Below, piece by piece: positions 8,049 to 15,900 of a stretch of 27,227 bases of DNA (within the stretch, counting starts at the first letter, position 1; the number at the start of each line of letters is the position of its first letter). Source of the DNA: a virus (taxonomy: Duplodnaviria > Caudoviricetes); the IMG/VR virus record IMGVR_UViG_3300042366_000883, positions 1 to 27,227 of that record, one strand, 5' to 3'. The notes beneath the pieces were generated by a model. That model saw nothing but the letters and a program-made list of their open reading frames with translations, searched no databases and was not told the DNA's origin. The position numbers and the translations under genes are program-made.

Positions 8049-8329
8049 CATTAGGAGATCAAGTATACTGGTGGTTTCACGGCGGTGGATCCATTGCAAA
8101 AAGCGGACATTTTAACTGGAAGCATTACTGCAAAGTGATGCAAGCTAAAAACGAAATTTACAAACAATGTACAGATTACGATACTACATCCACACCCAAC
8201 TCATACGAGAATGGGTGTTCACAAGCAGAGGACTATGCAATTGGAAAAAGCGAGAGCTCCTCATGTCAGGAGATTGTCGAATGGGACACTTTAAAATTGA
8301 ACGAAGATGACACAAGAGCAATTGATTAG
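8045..8329 (+). CDS. Hypothetical protein (3' half overlaps another ORF)
   Basis: ATGA-coupled start; the N-terminal ~40 aa look genuine, the rest overlaps 8167-8310. Confidence 0.5.
   Translation: MTLGDQVYWWFHGGGSIAKSGHFNWKHYCKVMQAKNEIYKQCTDYDTTSTPNSYENGCSQAEDYAIGKSESSSCQEIVEWDTLKLNEDDTRAID
8167..8310 (+). CDS. Small basic hypothetical protein (47 aa)
   Basis: MYRLRYYIHTQLIREWVFTSRGLCNWKKRELLMSGDCRMGHFKIERR; A-rich start context; its TGA overlaps the HNH gene ATG (ATGA). Confidence 0.6.
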   Translation: MYRLRYYIHTQLIREWVFTSRGLCNWKKRELLMSGDCRMGHFKIERR

Positions 8330-8924
8330 AGTGCTGTATCCTACGGTGCCAAGTAGAGCCCTATGTGATTACCTTGGGCTTACTACCTCACAGCTGTATA
8401 ACAGAGTTTATCAAATGGGAATAAAGAAAAGCCCACGTATTAAGGCATTACAGAATCGAGCTTTAAGGTTAAATTCAGGTATGAAAAACAGATGGCAACC
8501 TGGTCATGTCCCTCACAATAAGGGTAAGCAAATGAACAGTGAGCTCTATGCAAAAGTTGCACCTACCATGTTTAAGACTGGACACAAACCACATAACACA
8601 AAAGAGGATCATGCTACCAGTATAAGAGTTGATAAAACAGGGAGAGAGTATTCATACACCAAAATAAAAGATGGTCTTTGGGTGCTCACTCATAGGTTGT
8701 TATGGGAGTCAATTCACGGAGCAATACCCAAGGGTTGCGTGATTAGGTTTAAAGATGGCAATACTATGAACCTGCATATTAGCAACCTGGAATGCATACA
8801 TAAAACTGAGAATGCAATACGGAACAGCATTCACCGCTTTCCAGGTGAGCTACAGACCGTGATAAGATTAAAGAGTAAATTAAACAAAAAAATAAAACAA
8901 AATGGCAAGAAACGGAATGAATGA
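8307..8924 (+). CDS. HNH endonuclease (HNH_3-like)
   Basis: GHVPHNKG and FKTGHKPHN repeats; HRLLWE..HG.IPKG..IRFKDGN..N..ISNLECI...EN motif. Confidence 0.85.
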   Translation: MTQEQLIRVLYPTVPSRALCDYLGLTTSQLYNRVYQMGIKKSPRIKALQNRALRLNSGMKNRWQPGHVPHNKGKQMNSELYAKVAPTMFKTGHKPHNTKEDHATSIRVDKTGREYSYTKIKDGLWVLTHRLLWESIHGAIPKGCVIRFKDGNTMNLHISNLECIHKTENAIRNSIHRFPGELQTVIRLKSKLNKKIKQNGKKRNE

Positions 8925-9159
8925 TCTAAGGGACCACCTCTTTGCATCACTTGAAAGATTAGACAATGATGAGCTTACACCTGAACAGCTACAAGCTGAG
9001 GTAGAGAAGGCTCAGGCAGTTAGTAATGTAGCTAATGCTATCATACAAAGTGCTAAAATTGAGGTTGATTTTATGAAAACAACCGGCATGATAGCAAGCA
9101 ATAGCAACCTATTTAAAGGAGTTAATGACCCTAAAAGACTTGGAGATGCTACTAATTGA
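8902..9159 (+). CDS. Conserved phage helical protein typically adjacent to this HNH type
   Basis: DLRDHLFASLERL...E..KAQAVSNVANAII.SAK.E motif. Confidence 0.7.
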   Translation: MARNGMNDLRDHLFASLERLDNDELTPEQLQAEVEKAQAVSNVANAIIQSAKIEVDFMKTTGMIASNSNLFKGVNDPKRLGDATN

Positions 9160-9610
9160 CGAATTATACCACCTTTCAAAGGTGCAGAATGATGACATTG
9201 TGAAGATCATTGATGATTTTAACCTTCGCAGGAGGTGCAGGAAGCAGGAGTATGTATACAAGAGGTATTTCTTGGCTCAGTACATGGTTCGCAGGAGGCA
9301 CATGACTACAATGCTCGCAGCTTATTACCTGGGAATTGACCATAGTACGGTAGTTTATGGAATCCAACAGCATGACTTTTGGTGGAAGCACAACGATCAC
9401 AGGTACATGGCAGCCATCCATCCGGTGCCACAGCTCCTGAGCGTGACAACTAATGACAACCCTGTGACAACCTACGAGGTAAAATACAATGAGGTTGTCA
9501 CGGAAAAAACAGAGGTAACTATCACAGGTAACTTCCCTCCAAAGTTATTAACAAACTTTGAGAAACCCTTGACAGGTAAGCAATTAAGCGACATCTTTGC
9601 CATGTCATAA
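9146..9610 (+). CDS. DnaA domain IV (Bac_DnaA_C)-like helix-turn-helix DNA-binding protein
   Basis: RKQEYVYKR...LGIDHSTVVYG resembles the DnaA domain IV signature R...V..R...RDHTTV.HA; no AAA+ domain; start 9146 preferred over 9125. Confidence 0.6.
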   Translation: MLLIDELYHLSKVQNDDIVKIIDDFNLRRRCRKQEYVYKRYFLAQYMVRRRHMTTMLAAYYLGIDHSTVVYGIQQHDFWWKHNDHRYMAAIHPVPQLLSVTTNDNPVTTYEVKYNEVVTEKTEVTITGNFPPKLLTNFEKPLTGKQLSDIFAMS

Positions 9611-9628
9611 TATAAGGGTTAATACGTC

Positions 9629-9654
9629 AGGGGGCTTCGGCTCCCTTTCTTTTT
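9629..9654 (+). terminator. Intrinsic terminator ending the early operon
   Basis: AGGGGGC-TTCG-GCTCCCT stem with cUUCGg tetraloop, followed by TTCTTTTT. Confidence 0.85.
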
Positions 9655-9661
9655 GCCCCTG

Positions 9662-9876
9662 CGTGACGACGTGACAACCCATTTGCATATGAGCCATATA
9701 TTTAATACGAGTATATTCACCCCCCAAAAAGTTGGTTTTGAGTTGTCACGTTGTCACGGAAACACAAGAAACCCAATACTGACGTGGCTTATAGGCGTGA
9801 CAACTACCCCCTTTGAGTTGTCACGGAGTTGTCACGGTTGTCACGGAGTTGTCACGGTTGTCACGGAGTTGTCACG
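9662..9876. repeat. Iteron cluster (TTGTCACG), putative replication origin
   Basis: Direct copies at 9743, 9751, 9818, 9829, 9838, 9849, 9858, 9869; inverted CGTGACAA at 9670 and 9796 and a variant at 9662; immediately upstream of the primase-helicase. Confidence 0.8.
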
Positions 9877-9900
9877 AATTAGAATTATTTAATATATTTG
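9869..9900 (+). promoter_or_regulatory. Host-type promoter for the primase operon
   Basis: TTG (9869-9871, within the last iteron)-N21-TATATTTG (9893-9900), 5 nt before ATG 9906. Confidence 0.6.
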
Positions 9901-9905
9901 CAATC

Positions 9906-12230
9906 ATGTATAACCCTTATATATCAATTTTCAAAAGTCTCTACAATAGCAAAGAGACTCCCTTCTCTATTAAGGCAATAGAGGTACATAACAGGATACA
10001 GGTAGGCACACCTGAATTAATTAGTAAGATAAAGGCCATACGGAAGGGCAACAATGAGCTCAAGAATACACTCATGGCAATCATGTTCAATGGAACATTC
10101 AGTGAACGGAAGGATGATGGACTTGTTGAGCACTCAGGGCTGTGCATCCTGGACTTTGATAAGTACCCCGATGCTGATACCATGGCAGCAGAACGCAAAA
10201 GGCTGATTGAGGACAAGTATACCTATATGCTTTTCACCTCACCAAGTGGTAAGGGCCTAAAGGTAGTGATTAGGATACCTCAATGCGATAAGGTAGAACA
10301 CCGGAGGAGGTTCAGCCACTATGAACAGTACATCAATAGTGAGTATTTTGATACCTCCAACAAGAATATCAGCAGGGTGTGCTTTGAAAGCTATGACCCC
10401 GAGGCATACCTGAATGAGTTTGCCGCCATTTATACTGGCATTGTGGAGGATACAGGGTACCACCGTAGTGAATACACCCCCAAGGTGATTGTAACCAATG
10501 AGAACCGTATCATTGAGAAGGTACTGAAGTTCAACCATGGTGATTTTAAGGAGGGCAACCGGGCTAATTACATCTACAAGGTAGCTTGTTGTCTATGTGA
10601 GTATTCTATACCCCTTACCACTGCGGAGAATACACTGCTACAATTCACGCAGGAAGGATTTGGAGCTACCGAGATAACTAATACCGTGCGAAATGCATAT
10701 AAGCAGGCTCAATTTGGGCTCAAGGTATTTGAGGATGTGGAGGCCATCCAAGGGATTAAAAATAAACTCAAGCAAGGAATAGCTCCTGAAGACATTAGCA
10801 AGCAACTCAGCGTATCTAAGGATGATATTAAGGCTATTCAAAAGGAGGAGGATATATTTTGGGAGGTAAAAAAAAACACCGTTAACATCATTCCTAACAA
10901 GTATGCTGCATGGCTTCATAAGCAAGGCTTCGCTAAGTACTATCCGGAACGTTCTAATAACCCCATCTTTGTCTACATAACAGAGAACAAGGTCCAGGAA
11001 AGCTCGGTGGAAAAGATAAAAGACCATGTACTGACCTATCTAATGGAGCGAGAGCTGATGGATGTGTACAACCATTGTGCTAAGAGCTCACAGTTATTCA
11101 CACCTGGACACCTTAATATGCTTGACTCCATTGATATGCGTATCCTGCAGGACTCCAAGACCGAGTGTTACCTACCTTTCACCAATGGGGTGGCAGTGAT
11201 CACCAAGAACAAGGTCAAGCTACTGAGTTACATTGATATTGATGGCTATATCTGGAGGGACCAAATAATACCGAGGGAGTTCAAGGTGGAAGATACCTAT
11301 GAGAATAACTTTCAGGATTTCGTTAACAAGATTGCAGCTCAGGACCCTAATCGTATCAAGTCCATGAGGACCACCATAGGGTACCTGTTGCATACCTACA
11401 AGGATAAGGCAGACCAAAAGGCTGTTATTTTCAATGATGAGGAGATAGATGATAACCCAAATGGAGGGAGTGGTAAGAGTCTCATGCTCACTGCCCTTGG
11501 TCACATCCGTAAGATTGTCAAGATTGATGGTAAGCTCTTCAACCCAGGTAAGAATGATTTTGCCTACTCCAGGGTGAATCCTGATACACAGGTATTGGCC
11601 TTTGATGATGTCAAAAAGCACTTCAACTTTGAGCAGTTATTCTCACTGATCACTGAGGGTATCCCTGTCAACCGCAAGAACAAGGATGAGTACTACATCC
11701 CTTATGAGCGAAGCCCTAAAATAGTGATAACGACCAACTATGTGATTGCAGGAGCAGGTGGAAGTCATGACCGCAGGAGGCATGAGGTTGAGTTCAACCA
11801 ATACTTCAATGCTAACCACAGCCCCATTGATGAGTATGGGTGCAAGCTATTCGACCAATGGACACAGGAGGAGTGGAGTTATTTCGACAATTACATGATT
11901 GACAATATCAAGTACTACCTTGAGCATGGGCTGTATCAAACTACAGGAATAAACAGTGACATTAAGAAATTCATACAAAACACCTGCAAGGAGTTCTATG
12001 ATTTCGTGGAGGATACACCACTCACTGCGGATGGTTCCCACTTGCACCGGTACAAAGGACTCATGCAACAGTTTCAAGAGGAGACCAACAGCTTCAAGGA
12101 CCTCAAGCCTCAAGTCTTTGCCCGTTGGATAGACTGCTATGCAACACATATGAAGTATAAATTAACTAAACATCGTAACCATGAAGGCCGCCACTTTTAC
12201 CTTACTCCTACTCAGCCTGCTAAGCTGTAA
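9906..12230 (+). CDS. Primase-helicase: BT4734/VirE-N-like primase domain, PriCT-like domain, C-terminal P-loop helicase
   Basis: HSGLCILDFD, FTSPSGKGLK, SRVCFESYDP; GNRANY (PriCT-like); Walker A NGGSGKS, Walker B LAFDD, ITTN, SHDRR. Start re-called to ATG 9906 because the 9813 extension is translated iterons. Confidence 0.85.
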   Translation: MYNPYISIFKSLYNSKETPFSIKAIEVHNRIQVGTPELISKIKAIRKGNNELKNTLMAIMFNGTFSERKDDGLVEHSGLCILDFDKYPDADTMAAERKRLIEDKYTYMLFTSPSGKGLKVVIRIPQCDKVEHRRRFSHYEQYINSEYFDTSNKNISRVCFESYDPEAYLNEFAAIYTGIVEDTGYHRSEYTPKVIVTNENRIIEKVLKFNHGDFKEGNRANYIYKVACCLCEYSIPLTTAENTLLQFTQEGFGATEITNTVRNAYKQAQFGLKVFEDVEAIQGIKNKLKQGIAPEDISKQLSVSKDDIKAIQKEEDIFWEVKKNTVNIIPNKYAAWLHKQGFAKYYPERSNNPIFVYITENKVQESSVEKIKDHVLTYLMERELMDVYNHCAKSSQLFTPGHLNMLDSIDMRILQDSKTECYLPFTNGVAVITKNKVKLLSYIDIDGYIWRDQIIPREFKVEDTYENNFQDFVNKIAAQDPNRIKSMRTTIGYLLHTYKDKADQKAVIFNDEEIDDNPNGGSGKSLMLTALGHIRKIVKIDGKLFNPGKNDFAYSRVNPDTQVLAFDDVKKHFNFEQLFSLITEGIPVNRKNKDEYYIPYERSPKIVITTNYVIAGAGGSHDRRRHEVEFNQYFNANHSPIDEYGCKLFDQWTQEEWSYFDNYMIDNIKYYLEHGLYQTTGINSDIKKFIQNTCKEFYDFVEDTPLTADGSHLHRYKGLMQQFQEETNSFKDLKPQVFARWIDCYATHMKYKLTKHRNHEGRHFYLTPTQPAKL

Positions 12231-12405
12231 GAGTACCCAAAAATGCGATGCATACAGCATCCGAGGGTATGAATACATCCAAATACTTGGATATACTGAT
12301 ACAGTACCTACCTTTGGTGAAACAGAGCTCCATCTGCCACCTGGTGAGTACATCATTAAGGCATGGAAAGGTGAGGAGATAACATATACCAAAGTAAAGC
12401 TATGA
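12181..12405 (+). CDS. Small putative lipoprotein
   Basis: MKAATFTLLLLSLLSC lipoprotein-type signal followed by KSTQKCDAY. Confidence 0.6.
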   Translation: MKAATFTLLLLSLLSCKSTQKCDAYSIRGYEYIQILGYTDTVPTFGETELHLPPGEYIIKAWKGEEITYTKVKL

Positions 12406-12800
12406 AAACAACTACTTATTTAAGGCATTTGCAATTTATGCTAATGGAATTTAATGATAAACCTATTTTGTACATTATGCATGCACTAGGTACTGATAGA
12501 TGGAAAATAGGCATTACAAGTAATGTAAACAATAGATGGTATTCTATTCAAAGTCAAAGCCCTGTTGATATAACACTATATAAAGTATTTATATGTGACA
12601 GCAGAGCTACAGCTAAAAAACTTGAATATCAATTTATGCAACAAAACCAAAATAGATTTGTCAAAGGCGAATGGTTTGTATGTGACGCTGGAGATATTAT
12701 TCAATTAGAAGAGACTATACTTGGTTATGAATACTCCCATTACATAGATAGAGATTTATATGAACATGAAAGACATGCTACCTATGAAAAAAGAATATAA
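12402..12800 (+). CDS. GIY-YIG family nuclease (T5orf172/MUG113-like), likely inserted
   Basis: LYIM...WKIGIT.NV..R...IQ..SP...LE...GEWF motif; visibly more AT-rich than its flanks. Confidence 0.8.
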   Translation: MKTTTYLRHLQFMLMEFNDKPILYIMHALGTDRWKIGITSNVNNRWYSIQSQSPVDITLYKVFICDSRATAKKLEYQFMQQNQNRFVKGEWFVCDAGDIIQLEETILGYEYSHYIDRDLYEHERHATYEKRI

Positions 12801-13236
12801 GGCACTGCTGCATGAGCTCAAGGTTAAGAAGATACTTGAGAAGTGTCCCCATTACCCCCAAGATTACATTATGAAACGAAAATACACCGACTCAACGGCC
12901 AACGGCCTAACCAAAGCCATCTGTGACTGGATCAACCTACACGGATACCAAGCTGAACGTATCAATACCATGGGTGTGGCACGTACTAAGTACCGAACTG
13001 ATGGCTCAGTGGCAGGCATTCAATGGACTAAAGGCACCTCTACTGCAGGGAGTGCTGATATATCTGCTACCATCAAGGGCAGAAGTGTTAAGATAGAGGT
13101 CAAAATAGGCAAGGATAGGCAATCAGAGGCACAGAAGAGATACCAGGAGATGATTGAGAGGGCAGGGGGTGTGTATATTATCGCAAAAAATTTTGATGAA
13201 TTTGTTGAATGGTATGAAAATTTTGTATCTTTGTAA
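12784..13236 (+). CDS. VRR-NUC / PD-(D/E)XK nuclease (Holliday junction resolvase-like)
   Basis: GSADI....G..V.IEVK...DRQSEAQ..Y...I..AGG.Y motif; start at MKKEY preferred over 12760. Confidence 0.75.
   Translation: MKKEYKALLHELKVKKILEKCPHYPQDYIMKRKYTDSTANGLTKAICDWINLHGYQAERINTMGVARTKYRTDGSVAGIQWTKGTSTAGSADISATIKGRSVKIEVKIGKDRQSEAQKRYQEMIERAGGVYIIAKNFDEFVEWYENFVSL
13205..13233 (+). promoter_or_regulatory. Host-type promoter for the recombination operon
   Basis: TTG (13205-13207)-N18-TATCTTTG (13226-13233) upstream of ATG 13255. Confidence 0.6.
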
Positions 13237-13254
13237 AAATTAAACCCTTTTAAT

Positions 13255-13791
13255 ATGACAACAAGAGTAAAAAAAGAGGAGGCAGTACCTCAGGCAGCAA
13301 GCCTAAACATCTACCAAAAGCTACACCTGGCTAAGCAGTCAATGGGTAAGGTAATTAAGAATGCCACCAACCCCCATTTGAAGCGTAACTATGCCGACAT
13401 CAACAGCATCATTGATACTGTTGAGCCTATTCTATTGGACCATGGCCTGCTGTTGATACAGCCTATCATTGATGATAAGGTATATACTATTATTGTGGAT
13501 ATCGAAACAGGTGATAAGTTAGAGAGTTACCTTACATTGCCTCCAATTACAGATGCCCAAAAGCTCGGAGGAGCCTGCACGTACTTTCGCAGGTATACAT
13601 TGGTTAACCTGTGTTGTTTGCAAGCCATTGATGATGATGGCCATGAGGCTTCAAGAGCACCCAAGGCTAAGCCTACCATCACAGAGGATAGGTTCAGCAA
13701 AGCACTGGCTGCTATCCAAGAGGGTAGATACACCGTTGAGGACCTTAGAGCTACCTATTCACTAACTAAAGAGCAGGAGGCACAGCTATGA
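13255..13791 (+). CDS. erf: ERF family single-strand annealing protein
   Basis: KNATNPH.K..YAD...I, Q.LG.A.TY.RRY.L and DDDG motifs. Confidence 0.85.
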   Translation: MTTRVKKEEAVPQAASLNIYQKLHLAKQSMGKVIKNATNPHLKRNYADINSIIDTVEPILLDHGLLLIQPIIDDKVYTIIVDIETGDKLESYLTLPPITDAQKLGGACTYFRRYTLVNLCCLQAIDDDGHEASRAPKAKPTITEDRFSKALAAIQEGRYTVEDLRATYSLTKEQEAQL

Positions 13792-14411
13792 AGTTCAGAG
13801 CATCACAATTAGGTAAGCTAATGACCTCCTCCAGGACAAAGGGGGAGGCATTAAGCCAAACAGCTAAGAGCTACATCATTGAGCAGGCTAAGCAGGACTT
13901 TTATGGGTACCGCACTCAGCTAATGAATAAATACGTTCTCAAGGGATTAGAGCAGGAACAGGACTCGATTGACCTTCTGAATGGGGTAAGGTTCCAAAAC
14001 TACGTTAAAAACGAGCAGAGGGCAGAAAATGAGTATCTCACAGGATGCTGTGATATTATCACGAATGATAGCATCATTGATATCAAGAGCTCATGGTCAC
14101 TTGAGACCTTCCCTGCTACCACATTTGAGCTGAAGGATCTTAACGACTATGAGTGGCAGGGTAGAGCATATATGTACCTGTACGATAAGCCTACCTTTGA
14201 ACTGTGTTATGTGATGGTATCAACCCATCCCGAGCTCCTTAGTCAATTTGACCCCATTGATATCCATGAAGTGGACCATATTGACCCTGCTAAGCGTATC
14301 ACCTCCATTACCTTTGAGAGGGATACAGAGATAGAGATAAGGATGCAGGAGCAACTACTGGCTGCGAGCCTGTTTTATGACCAAGTATTAACTCAATTAC
14401 AGAACAAATGA
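13788..14411 (+). CDS. YqaJ/lambda-exonuclease-like recombination nuclease
   Basis: FRASQLGKLM, KG.EQE, LTG.CD, IIDIKSSW and YEWQ...YM motifs; follows erf. Confidence 0.8.
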   Translation: MKFRASQLGKLMTSSRTKGEALSQTAKSYIIEQAKQDFYGYRTQLMNKYVLKGLEQEQDSIDLLNGVRFQNYVKNEQRAENEYLTGCCDIITNDSIIDIKSSWSLETFPATTFELKDLNDYEWQGRAYMYLYDKPTFELCYVMVSTHPELLSQFDPIDIHEVDHIDPAKRITSITFERDTEIEIRMQEQLLAASLFYDQVLTQLQNK

Positions 14412-14629
14412 ACATAACACACGAACAGCAACCAATACAGCAGGAGGACACTATCCTCCTTGCTGTCATGGCTAAGTACTATGAGCGTTCAAAGAGAGGG
14501 CAGGCTAAGTACGGTACCAACCTGGATAGGAAAGATGTTGACCTAGTCGGATGGCTTAACCATCTGCAGGAGGAGCTGATGGATGCGACTCTGTATATTG
14601 AGAAACTAAAAAAGGACTTAGCAGAATAA
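14408..14629 (+). CDS. Conserved small phage protein with MazG-like EExxD helix
   Basis: G..KYGT.LDR.D....WL.HLQEELMDA.LY motif. Confidence 0.6.
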   Translation: MNITHEQQPIQQEDTILLAVMAKYYERSKRGQAKYGTNLDRKDVDLVGWLNHLQEELMDATLYIEKLKKDLAE

Positions 14630-14633
14630 ATGA

Positions 14634-14755
14634 AGTGCTTTAAGATGCACTATTTGATTAAAGTAAATAAGAAAAACAAAGAATTGTAAAATATAGTGCG
14701 ATTTACTGCACGAATAAATAAAAATAATATGAAACAGACAGCAGTAGAGTGGTTG
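14634..14755 (+). repeat. Double-palindrome repeat element, copy 1, plus start of the cassette gene
   Basis: GTGC-tttaagat-GCAC (14635-14650) and GTGC-gatttact-GCAC (14696-14711); imperfect direct repeat of 14941-15061. Confidence 0.8.
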
Positions 14756-14950
14756 GTTGAACAATTACCATTAATTCAACAAGAAGGATTAAGATATGTT
14801 ATTGAACAAGCCAAACAGATGGAGAAGGAGCAGCATGATAAAACAGCTGAAGAGTGGTGGAAAGAAGGTGCTCATTATATGGAAAGTGGAGGTAGAGCTA
14901 AATGGGAATCATTTGAACAATACTACAACGAAACCTTTATAGTGCCTTAA
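14729..14950 (+). CDS. MKQTAVEWL-family small hypothetical protein, copy 1
   Basis: MKQTAVEWL...EQAKQMEKEQ...EQYYNETF; start re-called to ATG 14729. Confidence 0.75.
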   Translation: MKQTAVEWLVEQLPLIQQEGLRYVIEQAKQMEKEQHDKTAEEWWKEGAHYMESGGRAKWESFEQYYNETFIVP

Positions 14951-15061
14951 GATGCACTATTTAATTTAAGTGAATAAGAAAAACCAATGGATGTAAAATA
15001 TAGTGCTATTTACTGCACGAATAAATGAAAATAAGATGAAACAAACAGCAGTTGAGTGGTT
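14941..15061 (+). repeat. Double-palindrome repeat element, copy 2, plus start of the cassette gene
   Basis: GTGC-cttaagat-GCAC (14942-14957) and GTGC-tatttact-GCAC (15003-15018); 307 bp after copy 1. Confidence 0.8.
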
Positions 15062-15272
15062 AAAATTTCAAATAAATTCAATTCAATTTCAAGACCCTGC
15101 AGCAGAAGAATTGTATTTAGAAATACAACCGTTAATTGAACAAGCCAAAGCAATGGAGAAGGAGCAGATAATTAGAGCGCATTTAATGGCGAGATGTTAT
15201 GACAATCCTAACTCACATAATGAAGCAGAACAATATTACACAGAAACCTATGAAAGCAAAACTAACATTTAA
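15036..15272 (+). CDS. MKQTAVEWL-family small hypothetical protein, copy 2
   Basis: MKQTAVEWL...EQAKAMEKEQ...EQYYTETY; paralog of 14729-14950. Confidence 0.75.
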   Translation: MKQTAVEWLKFQINSIQFQDPAAEELYLEIQPLIEQAKAMEKEQIIRAHLMARCYDNPNSHNEAEQYYTETYESKTNI

Positions 15273-15474
15273 CCTGCCTGATGATCAGCACGAGTGGGAT
15301 AACGCAGTCAATGCCAATGCCATGTACTCAGTTCTGTGGGATCTATCTCAAGAGCTCCGTACTATGTGGAAGTACCAGGAGTACAAAACAGAGGAGGAAT
15401 ATGTGATTGTGGAAACCATACGGGACAAGTTCTATGAGATACTACAAGAGCACAACATAAACCTGGATAAATGA
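15250..15474 (+). CDS. Conserved phage hypothetical protein
   Basis: MKAKLTFNLPDDQHE...A.....VLWDL.QELR...KY motif; start re-called to 15250. Confidence 0.7.
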   Translation: MKAKLTFNLPDDQHEWDNAVNANAMYSVLWDLSQELRTMWKYQEYKTEEEYVIVETIRDKFYEILQEHNINLDK

Positions 15475-15566
15475 TACCTGCATTAATAATATTGCTGGCC
15501 CCTGGCATTATATGGGGATGGATTTGGACCTTAACATTAATAATTAATTTAATCAAAAATGAGTGA
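15471..15566 (+). CDS. 31-aa membrane micropeptide
   Basis: MIPALIILLAPGIIWGWIWTLTLIINLIKNE; ATGA-coupled to the upstream gene and overlapping the SSB start. Confidence 0.55.
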   Translation: MIPALIILLAPGIIWGWIWTLTLIINLIKNE

Positions 15567-15900
15567 TTTCAAAGGAGAGGTAGTGTTTATCACACCTACA
15601 ACGTCTGTATCAGACAAATTCAAAAAGAGAGATATAACCCTCAAGTCAGATGGTGACTATCCTCAGTACGTTACCTTCCAATTAACCCAGGACAAGTGTG
15701 ACCTGGCTAATCATGTGAAGCCAGGTGATGTGGTGGAGGTGAAGTATAACCTTCGAGGCCGTAGATGGGAGGCACAGGATGGCACTATCAAGTACTTTAA
15801 TACCATTGAGGCATGGACAATGAGCCTCAGCTCTGCTGCTGCACCTATTGTTGAAAATAAGTTGAAAAAAAATGAAGAGTCTAACGATCTACCTTTCTGA
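15559..15900 (+). CDS. ssb: Single-stranded DNA-binding protein (DUF3127-like)
   Basis: VSDKFKKR, YPQY..FQL.QDKC, NLRGR.W and YFNTIEAW motifs; acidic C-terminal DLPF tail. Confidence 0.8.
   Translation: MSDFKGEVVFITPTTSVSDKFKKRDITLKSDGDYPQYVTFQLTQDKCDLANHVKPGDVVEVKYNLRGRRWEAQDGTIKYFNTIEAWTMSLSSAAAPIVENKLKKNEESNDLPF

Noticed and set aside
9607-9616. ATAATATAAG as a sixth late promoter
   Set aside because: Mismatch in the core, no AACA at the right spacing, and immediately followed by a terminator.
9743-9876. Tandem repeats as a CRISPR array
   Set aside because: Units are 9-11 bp with no unique spacers and no cas genes; they fit iterons.
9653-9905. ORF 9653-9892 and the N-terminal extension 9813-9905 of the primase
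   Set aside because: Both are translations of the iteron repeats; a promoter and ATG at 9893-9908 give a better start.
14630-14689. 19-aa ORF MKCFKMHYLIKVNKKNKEL within repeat copy 1
   Set aside because: The equivalent frame in copy 2 stops after a few codons, so the element looks non-coding.
14729-15272. Diversity-generating retroelement template/variable repeat pair
   Set aside because: No reverse transcriptase in the window; differences are not adenine-specific and include indels.
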